From Malacoraja senta (taxonomy: Eukaryota), in assembly GCA_038087875.1 (NCBI GenBank), contig CM075998.1, forward strand, positions 5,892,001-5,956,000: a stretch of 64,000 nucleotides of DNA, written 5' to 3'. A program made the translations under genes and the position numbers. Under the pieces are notes generated by a model. The model worked only from the letters and a program-made list of their open reading frames with translations. It had not been told where the DNA came from and ran no database searches. Shown here piece after piece: positions 23,901-36,119 of this stretch; the first letter of the stretch is position 1, and each line of letters starts with the position of its first letter.

Positions 23901-26747
23901 CTAACAGACTCTCAGAGATCAGGTGCATTTCCCTATCCATTTGCCACAGGTTAAATACATGGCCCCTATGATGCTGCAAAGGATTCAATTTATCCTGAAT
24001 TTATATTGAGCCATTGACCAAATGCCAGTGATCAGATGCACTGGTCTTGCCCTTTACGCCTCACAGCAGCTCCAGAGTATTTTATTTCCATTCCTATAAC
24101 TGCAGTTAATCCGAGTCTCTTTGGGATTTCAAACTCTGAGTGCAAAAAAAAATAAATCTGATTTGCATGTGCCAGCTTCAATGCACAGCCTTTGTCTATT
24201 AAATCAATCCTAATGCAACACAGAGATTTTCTACTTAGACTTAAGCCCTTAAAATCCTGTGAAAGTAGCACATTGTTTTTAAAAAGGAATCCCTTTGCGG
24301 TTTCCCACCAGTGAATGATACGGCCAGCAACAGTGTGTCAATGCATTTTTGCCAAGGAACCTCAAAGCCCTCCGCTCGCTTGCATTGCTGTTTGTTTTCA
24401 TTTTGTCATTCAAGTTATGCTACCTCACTTTCAGTATGTCCATACAGGGCAGGAGAATGTATGGAATAAGAGCAGGAATAGGCGATATGGCCTTGATGCT
24501 TTTTCTTACATTTATTAACATCATGCCTGATCTGTTGTTTGGTCTCAACCTTTGATTTCCCCCAACGTCTTAAAAATCTGTCAATCAATGTCAGGCTTGA
24601 ATCCAATTAATGCCTCTGCCAAAGCTCTCTGCTGAGTGCCAACCATTCACAGCCCTTATGGGAACTCTGTGTGCCAGCTTCAATGTACAGCCTTTGTCCA
24701 ATACCCCCATGTGAAACATCCTCCCAACACCTCTCCTGTCACGTCCCATCAGAAGTCCACATATTTCAGTGAGACAAACGTATTCTGCTCATCTCCAAGG
24801 ACTACAGGCACAATCTATTCGATCTTTTCTCATAAGACAACTCCTTTATGCTAGAAATCAAACCACTGAACCTTAGACAATCAGTCTGACGAAGAGTCTT
24901 GACCCGAAACGTCACCCATTCCTTCTCTCCAGGGATGCTGCCTGTCTCGCTGAGTTACTCCAGCATTTTGTGTCTATCTTCGATTTAAACCAGCATCAGC
25001 AGTTCCTTCTTACACTGAACCTTACCTGCACTGCCTCCGATTCACATAAGCTTGGCAGCACGTACCACGAAATTCAAGAATGCCCTTACCCCAGCTGTGA
25101 TCAGCCTCTTGATCTGTCAAAAGCTGTCACAGCGCCAGAGACCCGGGTTCCATCCAGACTATGGGAGCTGTCTGTCCGGAGTTTGTACGTTCTCCCCGTG
25201 ACCTGCGTGGGTTTTCTCCGGGTTCTCCAATTTCCTCCCATACTCCAAAGACGTGTGGGTTTGTAGGTTAATTGTCCATAGAGTGTAAGATAGAACTAGT
25301 GTATGGGTGATTGCTGGACGATGCAGACTCGCGAGGCCGAATGGCGTGTTTTCACGTTGCATCTCTAAAACTAAAAACTAAAACTGTGGCTGTAACACTT
25401 TATGGAGACTCTGCTTCCTTTCTAGTTTTGCCTTGCTCATGTGTGGCCAGATTGTACTCATGTACAGGTATAGCGTGACCTCTGCTTCTTGATTCCCCAT
25501 CTCTGGGTTAACAGGCTCTGGTGAAGGTACCCTCACAGCCCTGTCGCAAAGGGAGTTGCTGGACTTGGAGCCCGGTGACAATGAGGGAACAGTGAGCTCA
25601 CTGGGGTAGTGTGTGAGTGGGAACTTCTTCCCACGTGTCTGCCGCTCTTTGTCCTTCTTGGAGGTAGACATGATGGGTTTGGAATACTATATTGTCCCAT
25701 GTGACAAGTCACAGTGAGACTCTTTGCTGCATACCCCATGTATACAAATAGCAGCCGCCTACGGCCCTGACAAAGTTGCAAAGCACGCCAGCTCCCCCTC
25801 TGTTCTACCCCCCCCCCCCTCCACAGCTGTTCCCCCATGCCGGGACCCCATTGTCCAATGTTCTCCCCCCTCCACTCCTTTATGCTTAAGCAAACTCCAT
25901 TTATTTCAAGAGGGCTTGTATACAAAAACAGAGATGTAACGCTGAGGGTCTATAAGGCACTGGTCAGGCCGGATTTGGAATATTGTGAGCAGTTTTGGGT
26001 CCCATATCTGAGGAAGGATGTGCTGGTTCTGGAGAGGGTCCAGAGGAGGTTCACAAGAATGATCCCAGGAATGAGTGGGTCAACCTACAATGAGCATTAG
26101 TTGGCGCTGGGCCTGTACTCACTGGAGTTTAGATTAATGTGGGGGGACTCATTAAAACTTACCGAATAATGAAAGGCCTGGATAGAGTGGATGTGGAGAG
26201 GATGTTTCCACCAGTGGGAGAGTCTAGGACTAGAGGGCACAGCCTCAGAATTAAAGGACTTTCTTTTAGGAAGGAGATGAGGAGAAATTAATTTAGTCAG
26301 AGGGTGGTGAATCTGTGGAATTCTTTGCCACAAAAGGCTGTGGAGGCCAAGTCAGTGGAAATCTTTAAGTCAGAGATAGATTCTTGATTAGTACGGGTGT
26401 CAGAGGTTATGGGGAGAAGGCAGGAGAATGGGGTTAGGAGGGAGAGATAGATCAGTCATGATTGAATGGTGGAGTAGACTTGATGGGCCGAATGGCTAAA
26501 TTTGGCTCCTATTCCTTATGACCCCCCCCCCCCCAATGCCAAGTCCTCCATTGTTCTTCCCCTCCTCACCTCACGGCAGTCCCCCCACGCCCTCACCGAC
26601 CGCGGGTTGACCCACGAGACTTCACCACCGCCGAGGCCCCACCGCGCGAGGCTTGGGAGGTGCTGCCGGAGTAGCCGGGCTGGGGAACCGCACTGGGCAC
26701 AGGATGTGCAGGTGAAATACAAAACCAAGAGCAGCAGGGCCAAGCTA

Positions 26748-27523
26748 TACAGTGTGGAAACAGGCCCTTCGGCCCAACTTGCCCACACGGCCGACAATGT
26801 CCCAGCTACACTAGTCCCACCTGCCTGCGCTTGGTCCATATCCCTCCAAACCTGTCCTATCCATGTACCTGTCTAACTGTTTCTTAAATGTTGCGATAGT
26901 CCCAGCCTCAACTACCTCCTCTGGCAGCTTGTACCATACACCCACCACACTTTGTGTGAAAAAGTTACCCCTCAGATTCCTATTAAATCTTTTCCCCTTC
27001 ACCTTCAACCTATGTCCTCTGGTCCTCGATTCCCCTACTCTGGGCAAAAGACTCCGTGCATCTACCTGATCTATTCCTCTCATGATTTTGTACACCTCTA
27101 TAAGATCCCCCCTCATCCCCCTGCGCTCCATGGAATAGAGACCCAGCCTACTCAACCTCTCCCTATAGCTCACACCCTCTAGTCCTGGCAACATCCTCGT
27201 AAATCTTCTCTGAACCCTTTCCAGCTTGACAATATCTTTCCTATAACATGGTGCCCAGAACTGAACACAATATTCTAAATGCAGTCTCACCAACGTCTTA
27301 TACAACTGCAACATGACCTCCCGACTTCTATACTCAATACTCTGACTGATGAAGGCCAAAGTGCCAAAAGCCTTTTTGACCACCTTATCTACCTGCGACT
27401 CGACCTTCAAGGAACCATGCACCTGTACTCCTAGATCCCTCTTCTCTACAACACTACCCAGAGGCCGACCATTTACTGTGTAGGTCCTGCCCTTGTTCGA
27501 CGCCCCAAAAAGCAACACCTCAC
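26748..27523 (-). mobile_element. CR1-like LINE 3' end with an uninterrupted 235-aa C-terminal frame
   Basis: ORF 26811-27518: RDLGVQVH, LEYCVQFW, RTRGH; near-identical to 11052-11820. Confidence 0.95.
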
Positions 27524-28203
27524 TTGGAGATTTGGAAGCTGAAGAATAACAGAAGAGGTTAAATCCTGGTCAATGATACATTCATACACTGTTGCTTGAG
27601 GGGGAGGAGAGAATAAATTAAAAGCATTAGAGTACCTGTATAAATGCTACACGCCCTATCAACATACAGCTGTGTACTCCCTATGTAAATACTTTCCACA
27701 TTATAAATGAGCATCCACCTTACTAACAAAACAGTTATTAGCGCCATTGTTACATCCGTTTGGAACAGACAGTTGTTACAATAGCACAATTGTAGAGAAT
27801 TGTGGACGCAGCCCAGACCATCACACAAACCAACCTCCCTTCCATTGACTCCATCTACACCTCACGCTGCCTCGGCAAGGCCAGCAGCATCATCAAGGAC
27901 CAGTCTCACCCCCGGTCACTCCCGCTTCTCCCCTCTCCCATCGGGCAAGAGGGACAGAAGTGCGAAAACACACACCTCCAGATTCAGGGACTGTTTGAAG
28001 AAGGGTTTTGACCGTAAACGTTACCCATTCCTTCTCTCCAGAGATGCTGCCTGAGCTGTTCAGTTACTCCAGCATTTTGTGTCTAACTTTGGTGTAAGCC
28101 AGCATCTGCAGTTCCTTCCTACACAGCTTTTTCCCAGCTGTTATAAGGTAACTGAACCATCCTACCACCATCTAGAGAGCAATTCTGACCTACCATCTAC
28201 CAC

Positions 28204-28526
28204 AAACGTCACCTATCCATGTTCTCCAGAGAGGCTGCCTGACCCGCTGAGTTACTCCAGCACTCTGTGAAACGTCACCTATCCATGTTCTCCACAGATG
28301 CTGCCTGACCCGCTGAGTTACTCCAGCACTCTGGGAAACGTCACCTATCCATGTTCCGGCAGCATCTATGGAGCGAAGGAAATAGGCAACGTTTCGGCCC
28401 GAAACCCTTCCGGGTTTCGGCCCGAAACGTTGCCTATTTCCTTCAGGGTTTCGGCCCGAAAGGTTGCCCATTTCCTTCGCTCCACAGATGCTGCCTGACC
28501 CGCTGAGTTACTCCAGCACTCTGTGT
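28204..28526 (+). repeat. 66-bp array with an embedded palindromic composite
   Basis: 66-bp units flank a hairpin with 33-bp arms (28375-28444). Confidence 0.9.
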
Positions 28527-29003
28527 CCATCTTTGGTATCAATCGGCACCTGCAGTTCTTTGTTTCTACATGAAGGAAGGTGATGGCAGGCGAGGGGGAG
28601 GTGGTTAGACTGGTGGGAGGAGGCCTGTTTGAGGCATCATGGATCTGTGGGGCTGAACGGCCTGCACATATTCCTCAAAGTCTTTCAACTTCCTTCAATT
28701 CCCATCTCCTTGGAGATATGTGTAGAAGGAAGTGCAGATGCTGGTTCATACCTCATGGTGCTCTGCTCCACACTCGGGCCTGCCGTGCATTCCACACTCA
28801 CTAGGAATAGCATTGGTCGCTGATTTTGATGAGATTACTTCACCTAGCTGCCTGACTGGCTCCCCTTGTCCATGAACATCCTGTTTCATGAATGTGCCCA
28901 GAACCTTGGTGAGAAAGTTGGTGTCAAAATTCTCTTTGATGTCTTTTTAAAACGCAGTAACCTCCAACAAACATCTTCTTACATTCAGGGTCGGCCTTTG
29001 CTG

Positions 29004-29318
29004 GTCATGTGCAGACGTATAAATACCGCTGCTTATTCCAGGGACCAAAATGAAAGAAAGAAATCCTAAGAGAACTCTGTGAACCTTTACCACGGCCTGC
29101 AGCATTAGGCATTTGGAGTAAATCACCGCAGGTCAGCTGAGAATCCTGTGCGGGAGATTAGTAAACAATGAGCCACTTATCATTGCAGCAGCTGAAACCT
29201 TCAAACAAGCAGGTTATGTATTGCACCAAAGTACACATTCACAAGCAGCATAATTAGCAAAGCCATGGTGAGCTGCATGTGATTTGATGTGGAGGAACAA
29301 GGGCTTGAAATTGTAAGT
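29004..29318 (+). promoter_or_regulatory. Candidate rdh5 promoter and non-coding first exon
   Basis: Repeat-free island 5 kb upstream of the ATG: GTCATGTGC (M-box-like, 29004-29012), TATAAATA (29018-29025), GAGATTA directly followed by GTAAACAATG (about 29154-29170), and donor gtaagt (29313-29318). Motif evidence only. Confidence 0.4.
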
Positions 29319-29759
29319 TTTACATTTGTAGTTACTTCAGTGCTTTCGACGAGTGATTTTCCAGTCAAACCAGCCCTGTTGAGTTTGAATGTGCACGTAT
29401 TTCAGTAGTTTAGTTTCATTTGGAGACACAGGGCGGAAACAGGCCCTTCGGCCCACCGAGTCCGCGCCGACTAGCAATCCCCGCGCACTAACGCTATCCG
29501 ACACACGCTAGGGACAATTTACAATTTTACAAACCAATTAACCTCCAAAGCTAGTACATCTTTGGAGTGTGGGAGGAAACCGGAGATCCCGGAGTAAACG
29601 CACGCGGGTCACGGGGAGAACGTGCAAACTCCGTACAGACAGCACCCGTAGTCAGGATCTCTGGCGCTGTGAGGCAGCAACTCTACCGCTGCGTCACCGT
29701 GCTGCCCCAAGTTAGTGAGCCTCCTTGGCTTTGCTTTTATAATTGACACTGTTGACACA

Positions 29760-30230
29760 TGCAGTGTGGAAATAGGCCCTTCCGCCCAACTTGTCCACAC
29801 TGACTAACATGTCCCACCTGCCTGCGTTTGGCCCATATCCCTCCAAACCCGTCCTATCCATGTACCTGTCTAACTGTTTTTTAAATGTTGTAATAGTCCC
29901 TGCCTCAACTACTTCCTCCAGCAGCTCGTTCCATGCACCCACGACCATTTGTGTAAAAATGGTGCCCCTCAGATTCCTATTAAATCTTTCCCCCCTCACC
30001 TTAAAACTATGTCCTCTGGTTCTTGATTCCCTTACTCTGGGTAAAAGACTCTTTGCATTTAGCTTACCTATTCCTCTCATGATTTTATACACCTCTATAA
30101 GATCACCCCTCATCTTCCTGCGCTCCAAGGAATAAAGTCCCAGCCTGCTCAACCTCTCCCTGTAGCTCGGGACCTCAGGTCCTGTGAACATCCTTGTAAA
30201 TCTTCTTTGCACCCTTTCCAGCTTGAAAAT
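29760..30230 (-). mobile_element. CR1-like LINE 3' fragment
   Basis: ORF 29712-30245: [21 protein letters not shown]. Confidence 0.9.
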
Positions 30231-31131
30231 CCAGCTTGACAACATCTTGCCACCCGGTGAAAAAGGCTTGTGCTTGAGGAATCGTCAGTTTTCACCTCCA
30301 TATCCAAAAATGTTTCACTATGGAGCTCTTCAGTCAATAGTTGGGACAGTTTGACTGGTGGAATTCTCTTTTTGTAATCCCTGTAGGATCGTGTTTGTGT
30401 GCGGGGATCGCTGGTCGGCACGAACTCGGTGGCCCAAAGGGCCTGTTTCCACACTGTATCTCTACACTAAACTAAACTGAACTTTGACTAAATAAATTCC
30501 TCCTCATCTCCTATCTAAAGGAACGTCCTTTTATTCTGAGGCTGTGCCCTCTGGTCCTAGACTCTCCCACTAGTGGAAACATCCTCTCCACATCCACTCT
30601 ATCCAAGCCTTTCATTATTTAGTACGTTTCAATGAGATTGCCTCTCATCCTTCTAAACTCCAGCGAGTACAGGCCCAGTGCCGTCAAACGCTCATCGTAT
30701 GTTAACCCACTCATTCCTGGGATCATTCTTGTAAACCTCCTCCGGACCCTCTCCAGAGCCGGCACATCCTTCCTCGGATATGGGGGCCAAAACTGCTCAC
30801 AATACTCCAAAGGCAGTTTGCCCAGCACCTTATAGAGCCTCAGCATTACATCCCTGCTTATTTATTCTAGCCTTCTCAAAATAAATGCTAACAATGCTTT
30901 TGCCTTCCTTACAACCGATACAACTTGTAAATGAACCTTTTGGGAATCCTGCCACAGCGCTCCCAAATCACTTTGCACCTCTAAATCAAAGACCCTGCTT
31001 CCACGGTCCATTATTGAGGAGAGTTCCCAAGACTCAGCCCTCTGAAGAGGACATTTCATCTCCTTTCTGCCTTGAAACATCGACCTCTTATTTTAAAACC
31101 ATGACCCCCCGCTAACGATTCGCCCACGAGA

Positions 31132-31945
31132 GAATTGAATTGAATTGAATGCTATTTATTGTCATTCAAACCAAGGCTTGAACGAAATATCATTACTACA
31201 GTTTTTTTTTACATTACAAAAAAAAAACAAGACCCACACTTAACACAGTTTACATAAACATCCACCACAGTGAGTCTCCAACACCTCCTCACTGTGATGG
31301 AAGGCAAAGTCTTATCTCTTCCCTTTATTTCTTCACCCGCGGTCCAGCAGTCCAACTGCAGCGTCTAGGCGAACTGGGGCTCCGATGTTAGAGCCCCCGG
31401 CAGACGATGGTAAGTCCCGTGGCCGCTAACCCGCGCCGGGCGATGTTAGGCCTCGCTCCGTGTCCTCCAAACCTCGCGATTCCAGCAGGAGAAGTTGCCG
31501 TTGCAGGAGCTCCGAAAAGCCGTCTCCCACCCGGGATCTGGAGCTCCCGATGTTCCTGTCCACCGGGCCCGCAGCCGGAGCTTCCGAAACTCCAAAGTCG
31601 GGTCGCAGCCGAGCGCCACCACAGCTCTCCCCGCTCCAAAGCCGGCCAGCTCCGCGATGTCAGGTCCCAGGCTCCGTGACTGGAGCCCTCAGGTTGGTCC
31701 CGGCCGGAGGCTGCCGCCGGCTCCAGATGTTAGGCCCAACGACATCGGAGATCCGACAGGGAAAAAGTCGGGTCCCCGTACAGGGAAGAGATTAACGGTT
31801 TCCCCAACATCCCCCCCTCCACCCCCCACATAGACACAGCTAAAAAATAATAAAAACTAAGCTCAAGACATACATTTAACAAGACAAAAATTAAAAAAAG
31901 ACGGACGACTGTAGTTGAGCCGCTGCCGTTAGGCGCCACCACTCT
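31132..31945 (-). mobile_element. GC/CpG-rich non-autonomous retroelement, family not assigned
   Basis: Reverse strand ends in AATAAA followed by (attca)n; CpG-rich body with no credible ORF. Confidence 0.55.
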
Positions 31946-33244
31946 GCAATCCACCCTGCAAAAACCTCCTCTCTGCATCCACCCTGCCGAGACCCTTAGG
32001 GTTTTGTATACTTTGTTTGTCCCCTCTCACTTTAGTTTACCTTAGTTTAGTTTGGAGGTACAGCATGGAAACAGGCCCTTCGGCCCACCGAGTCCATGCC
32101 GACCATCGATCACCCGCTTACACTAGTTCCATGTTATCCCACTTTCTCATCCACTCCCTACACACTAGGGAGCAATTTACAGAGGGCTGATTAACCTGCA
32201 CACCCGCACGTCTTTGGGATGTGGGAGGAAACCGGAGCAGTCAGAGGGAGGACGTGCAAACTCCACACACAGATAGCACTTGAGGTTAGGATCAAACCTG
32301 GGTATCTGGTGCTGTGAGGCAGCAGCTCTACCTGCTGCACCACCATGCTGCCGTTATAAATACCAGCAGACACATGTTGAGCATGCCCAATCTTTACTCA
32401 AAGCCACTTTCTGCAGGTATCAGGCTAGCAAACCCACTAGGAACTGTACCCAATGGATCACTGTCTTTCCTCTAATCTCAGTCGTGCTCTCCAGTATTGG
32501 AGACATAGTCTATGCACTCTTCCAGCTGTGGTCCCACCAATTCACCTGTTACCAAGGTGCTGGGGAAAAATGGCCAGATGTTTATGAGCAATTTTAAATT
32601 CTATTGTTGCTATTTAACTTTGCAATATATTTGACGTGGCTTCATGTAGGCCTTTAACAAGAGGCATAGGTGACATCTTGTGCCTTCCATGCTCTGGTGA
32701 GATCTTGCTATCTCATTGAGAGGTTTAGAGAGCGCAGCGGTGGAGTTGCTGCCTCACAGCGCTGGAGGCCCGGGTTTGATCCTGACCACGGGTGCTGCCT
32801 GTACAGAGTTTGCACGATCTCCCCGTGACCCCATGGGTTTTTTTCTGGGATTTCCGGTTTCCTCCCACACTCCAAAGACGTACAGGTTTGTAGGTTAATT
32901 GGCTTGGTATAATTGTGAATTGTTCCCGGTGTGTGTGGGATAATGTTAATGTGCGGGGATCGCTGGTCAGTGTCAACTCGGTGGGCCGAAGGGCCGGTTT
33001 CCGCGCTGTATATCTAAACTAAACTAAACTAAATTTTGCCTGTATATGTGACAACATTTATTTGGTAAAGTGTGTGATGGACTGTAGATGCTGCAGAGCA
33101 TCAAACTCCTAGACTGGAACAGCGTCCCCCTTCCCATCAGAACTGCCCCCTCCATCGACTCTTTTAAGTCGAGACTTAAAATTCATCTTTACTCTCAAGC
33201 CTTTCTTGATGTCCTCTGAGGGAGGGCTATAGGTATGTATTTAT

Positions 33245-33812
33245 GTCTGTGGCTGGGAAAAGATAACATCAGAGAAGGGTCTCAAGATCCACCAGGGCAG
33301 GGAACAGTGCCTGGGAGAGCTTGGTGAGGGGCCTCGCATTGACCATTCCCTTCTAAGAGGTAGGCCAAATCAGTGGAGTGAAGCCCAGTGGCAGGTTAAC
33401 CACCACAGTCCACAGGGTATCAGCACCCCAGGCGAAGCTCAACCAAGTACTGTCCCACCAACGGACACGAGTCCAGAGCCCAACCAGCCACAGTCAGCGG
33501 TAGAGAGGAAGATGGAAGGGAAAAAGCAGAATGGAGCAGTCACTGGCTGTGGCTGAAGAGAAAAGATGGTGTCTGGGCTGCCACATGACCATCTAGAGGC
33601 TAACCAGAAGACACACACCCAGGGCTGATCACCCTGCGGTGGGCCTGCCTCGACTGAGGGTGTCTTGTGATAAAAGGCCGAAACACCCTGTGATGTTGGG
33701 GTACACAACTGAAGATGTGTCTGATTGGTAGCAACATCACCTCGTGGTCACCCCCAAGAATACCGGGTGTGAGTTGTGGTGAAGAAACTTAGGGATTGTA
33801 ACATCCAGTCCT
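33245..33812 (+). mobile_element. Internally deleted HERO-like (RLE-type) non-LTR element nested in an L2-like tail (33110-33944)
   Basis: VCGWEKITSEKGLKIHQGREQCL (zinc-finger-like N-terminus) joined near 33526 to AEWSSHWLWLKRKDGVWAAT* (C-terminus) plus 3'UTR. Confidence 0.62.
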
Positions 33813-34060
33813 ACTAATCAATATGTACTTAATCTATGAACCACTGTTGTATAACGTTAGTATCTCCACCAATGTAAAGCACTTTGGTCAACGAGAGTTG
33901 TTTTGTAAATGTGCCATAGAAATAAAAGTGACTTGACTTGACTTCTGCATACACCGTGAATTCCAAGTCAAGTGAAGATGATTTTGTCTTGTAAACGACG
34001 CATGAAGACGTTATTAAATTCAATTGTTCTGCCTCCTCCCAGATCCACCAGAGTGACCTC

Positions 34061-34373
34061 ATGTGGCTCTATCTCCTGTCCGTGGTTTTACTCCTTGCCT
34101 TCGGATGGTTGATCAGGGACCGTCAGAAGATCGGCGATGTCAAAGACAAGTACGTTCTCATCACTGGATGTGACTCGGGCTTCGGCAACCTGCTGGCAAA
34201 ACGCCTGGACCACCAAGGTTTCTGCGTCCTTGCCAGCTGCCTGACCCAAAAAGGCGTGGACTCCATGCACAGGGGCAACTCATCCAGACTGAAGGCTGTC
34301 GTGCTCGATGTGACTGACAGCGTCAGCATCCAGAAAACTGCCGACTGGGTCCAAGCCCAGGTGGGAGAGAAAG
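34061..34373 (+). CDS. rdh5: Retinol dehydrogenase 5-like (SDR9C), coding exon 1 (313 nt)
   Basis: ATG at 34061, hydrophobic N-terminal anchor MWLYLLSVVLLLAFGWLIRDRQ, Rossmann motif TGCDSGFG, donor G|gtaac. An acceptor-like tcctcccag ending at 34042 implies an upstream non-coding exon. Confidence 0.93.
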
Positions 34374-35860
34374 GTAACAGACAGCCTGATCTGTTCGTTC
34401 ACAAAAAAAACCTTCACCATCTAAACAAAGTATTGTAACAAATTGCTGCAGGATGACTTGAATAGTAGTTTAGTTTAGCTTATTATTCTCACGTGCAACG
34501 AGGTACAGTGAAAAGCTTTTGTTTGCGTGCTATTCAATCAAAGACAAGACTATACAGGATTACAATCAAACCGTCCACAGTGCACAGATACAGGATAAAG
34601 GACACAGCATTTAGTGCAAGATATAGTCCGATAAAGTCCAATTAAATATAGTGCAAAGGTCTCCAATGAGGTAGATGGGAGGTCAGGACCGCTCTCTAGC
34701 TGTTGGTAGGGTGGTTCAGTTGCCTGATAACAGCTGGGAAGAAACTGTCCATTAATCTGGAGGTCTGAGTTTTCAAATATTCAGCACAGAGATTGTGGGC
34801 CGAAGGGCCTGTTCTTATGCTGGACCATTCTACGTTCCCTGTTCTATGGAGCGCTGGAGGAACTCAGAGGGCCAGGCAGCATCTGTGGAGGGAATAGATT
34901 GGTGATGTTTTGGATCAAGACCCTTCTTCAGATTCATTCCCTCCACAGATGCTGCCTGACCCACTGAGTTCTTCCAGCACTTTGTGCTTTACTCAAGATT
35001 CCAGCAGTTGCTGTTAAAGAAAACTTGAACACACATCACAAAGTCCGGGAGAGGCAAGCACGGCTCACAATGCTCTAACAACAGCTACAAATCATGGTAG
35101 ATTGTAGTAACTCAGTGGGCCAGACAGCATCTCTGGAGAACATGAATAGATGATGTTTTGGGTTGGGACTCTTCTTCAGACTGCGGAAGGGTCCAGACCT
35201 GAAACGTCGCCTATCCATGTTCTCTGGAGATGCTGCCTGACCTGTCGAGGTAGTCCAACACTTTGTGTTTTATCTTTTGCTCAAGAATCCAGGATCTGCA
35301 GTTCCTCTGCCTAGTAGAAGCTCGCAAACATACCAGCGACACAGGGCTGGTATCGAGAAAGTCACATTATTAGACTTTAGAGTCCGGTCAAGAGTCAAAA
35401 GAGTTTATTGTCATGTGTCCCAGATAGGGCAATGAAATTCTTGCTTTAGACTTTAGTGATACGGCCTTTCAGCCCACCGGGTCCACGCCAACCAACGATT
35501 ACCCTGTACACTTACACTATCCCACACACGAGACACAATTTTTACAATTTTACCGGAGCCAATTAACCTACAAACCTGTACGTCTTTGGAGTGTGGGAGG
35601 AAACCGGAGCACCCGGAGAAAACCCACGCGGTCACGGGAAAACCATGCAAACTCCGTACAGACAGCATCCGTAGTCAGGATGGAACCTGGGTCTCTGGCG
35701 TTGTGAGGCAGCAACTCTACCGCTGCGCCACCGTGTCACCAATTCATGCATATTATAGCCTCGCATTTAGACAGAATCTTACTTACACTCTGACTGGAAA
35801 TAAAGTTGGAGGCAGAAGCAGGCGGCGTTGTTGATCGCTGGCTTCTCCTTTCCTTTCCAG

Positions 35861-36119
35861 GTCTCTGGGGCTTGGTGAACAATGCAGGCAGGGCCGTTCC
35901 TATCGGCCCCACGGAATGGATGAAGATGGAGGATTATCATGCAGTCCTGGGCGTGAACCTGCTGGGCTTGATGGAGGTCACGCTCACCTTCCTCCCCCTG
36001 GTGAAGAAGGCCAGGGGTAGAGTTGTCAATGTGGCCAGTGTCATGGCGAGGATATCCTTTGCTGGTGGTGGCTACTGCCTCTCAAAGTGTGGAGTGGAGT
36101 CTTTCTCAGACAGTTTGAG
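35861..36119 (+). CDS. rdh5: RDH5-like coding exon 2 (259 nt)
   Basis: Acceptor tcctttccag; [16 protein letters not shown], catalytic Ser and YCLSK (YxxxK); donor AG|gtgag. Confidence 0.95.
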
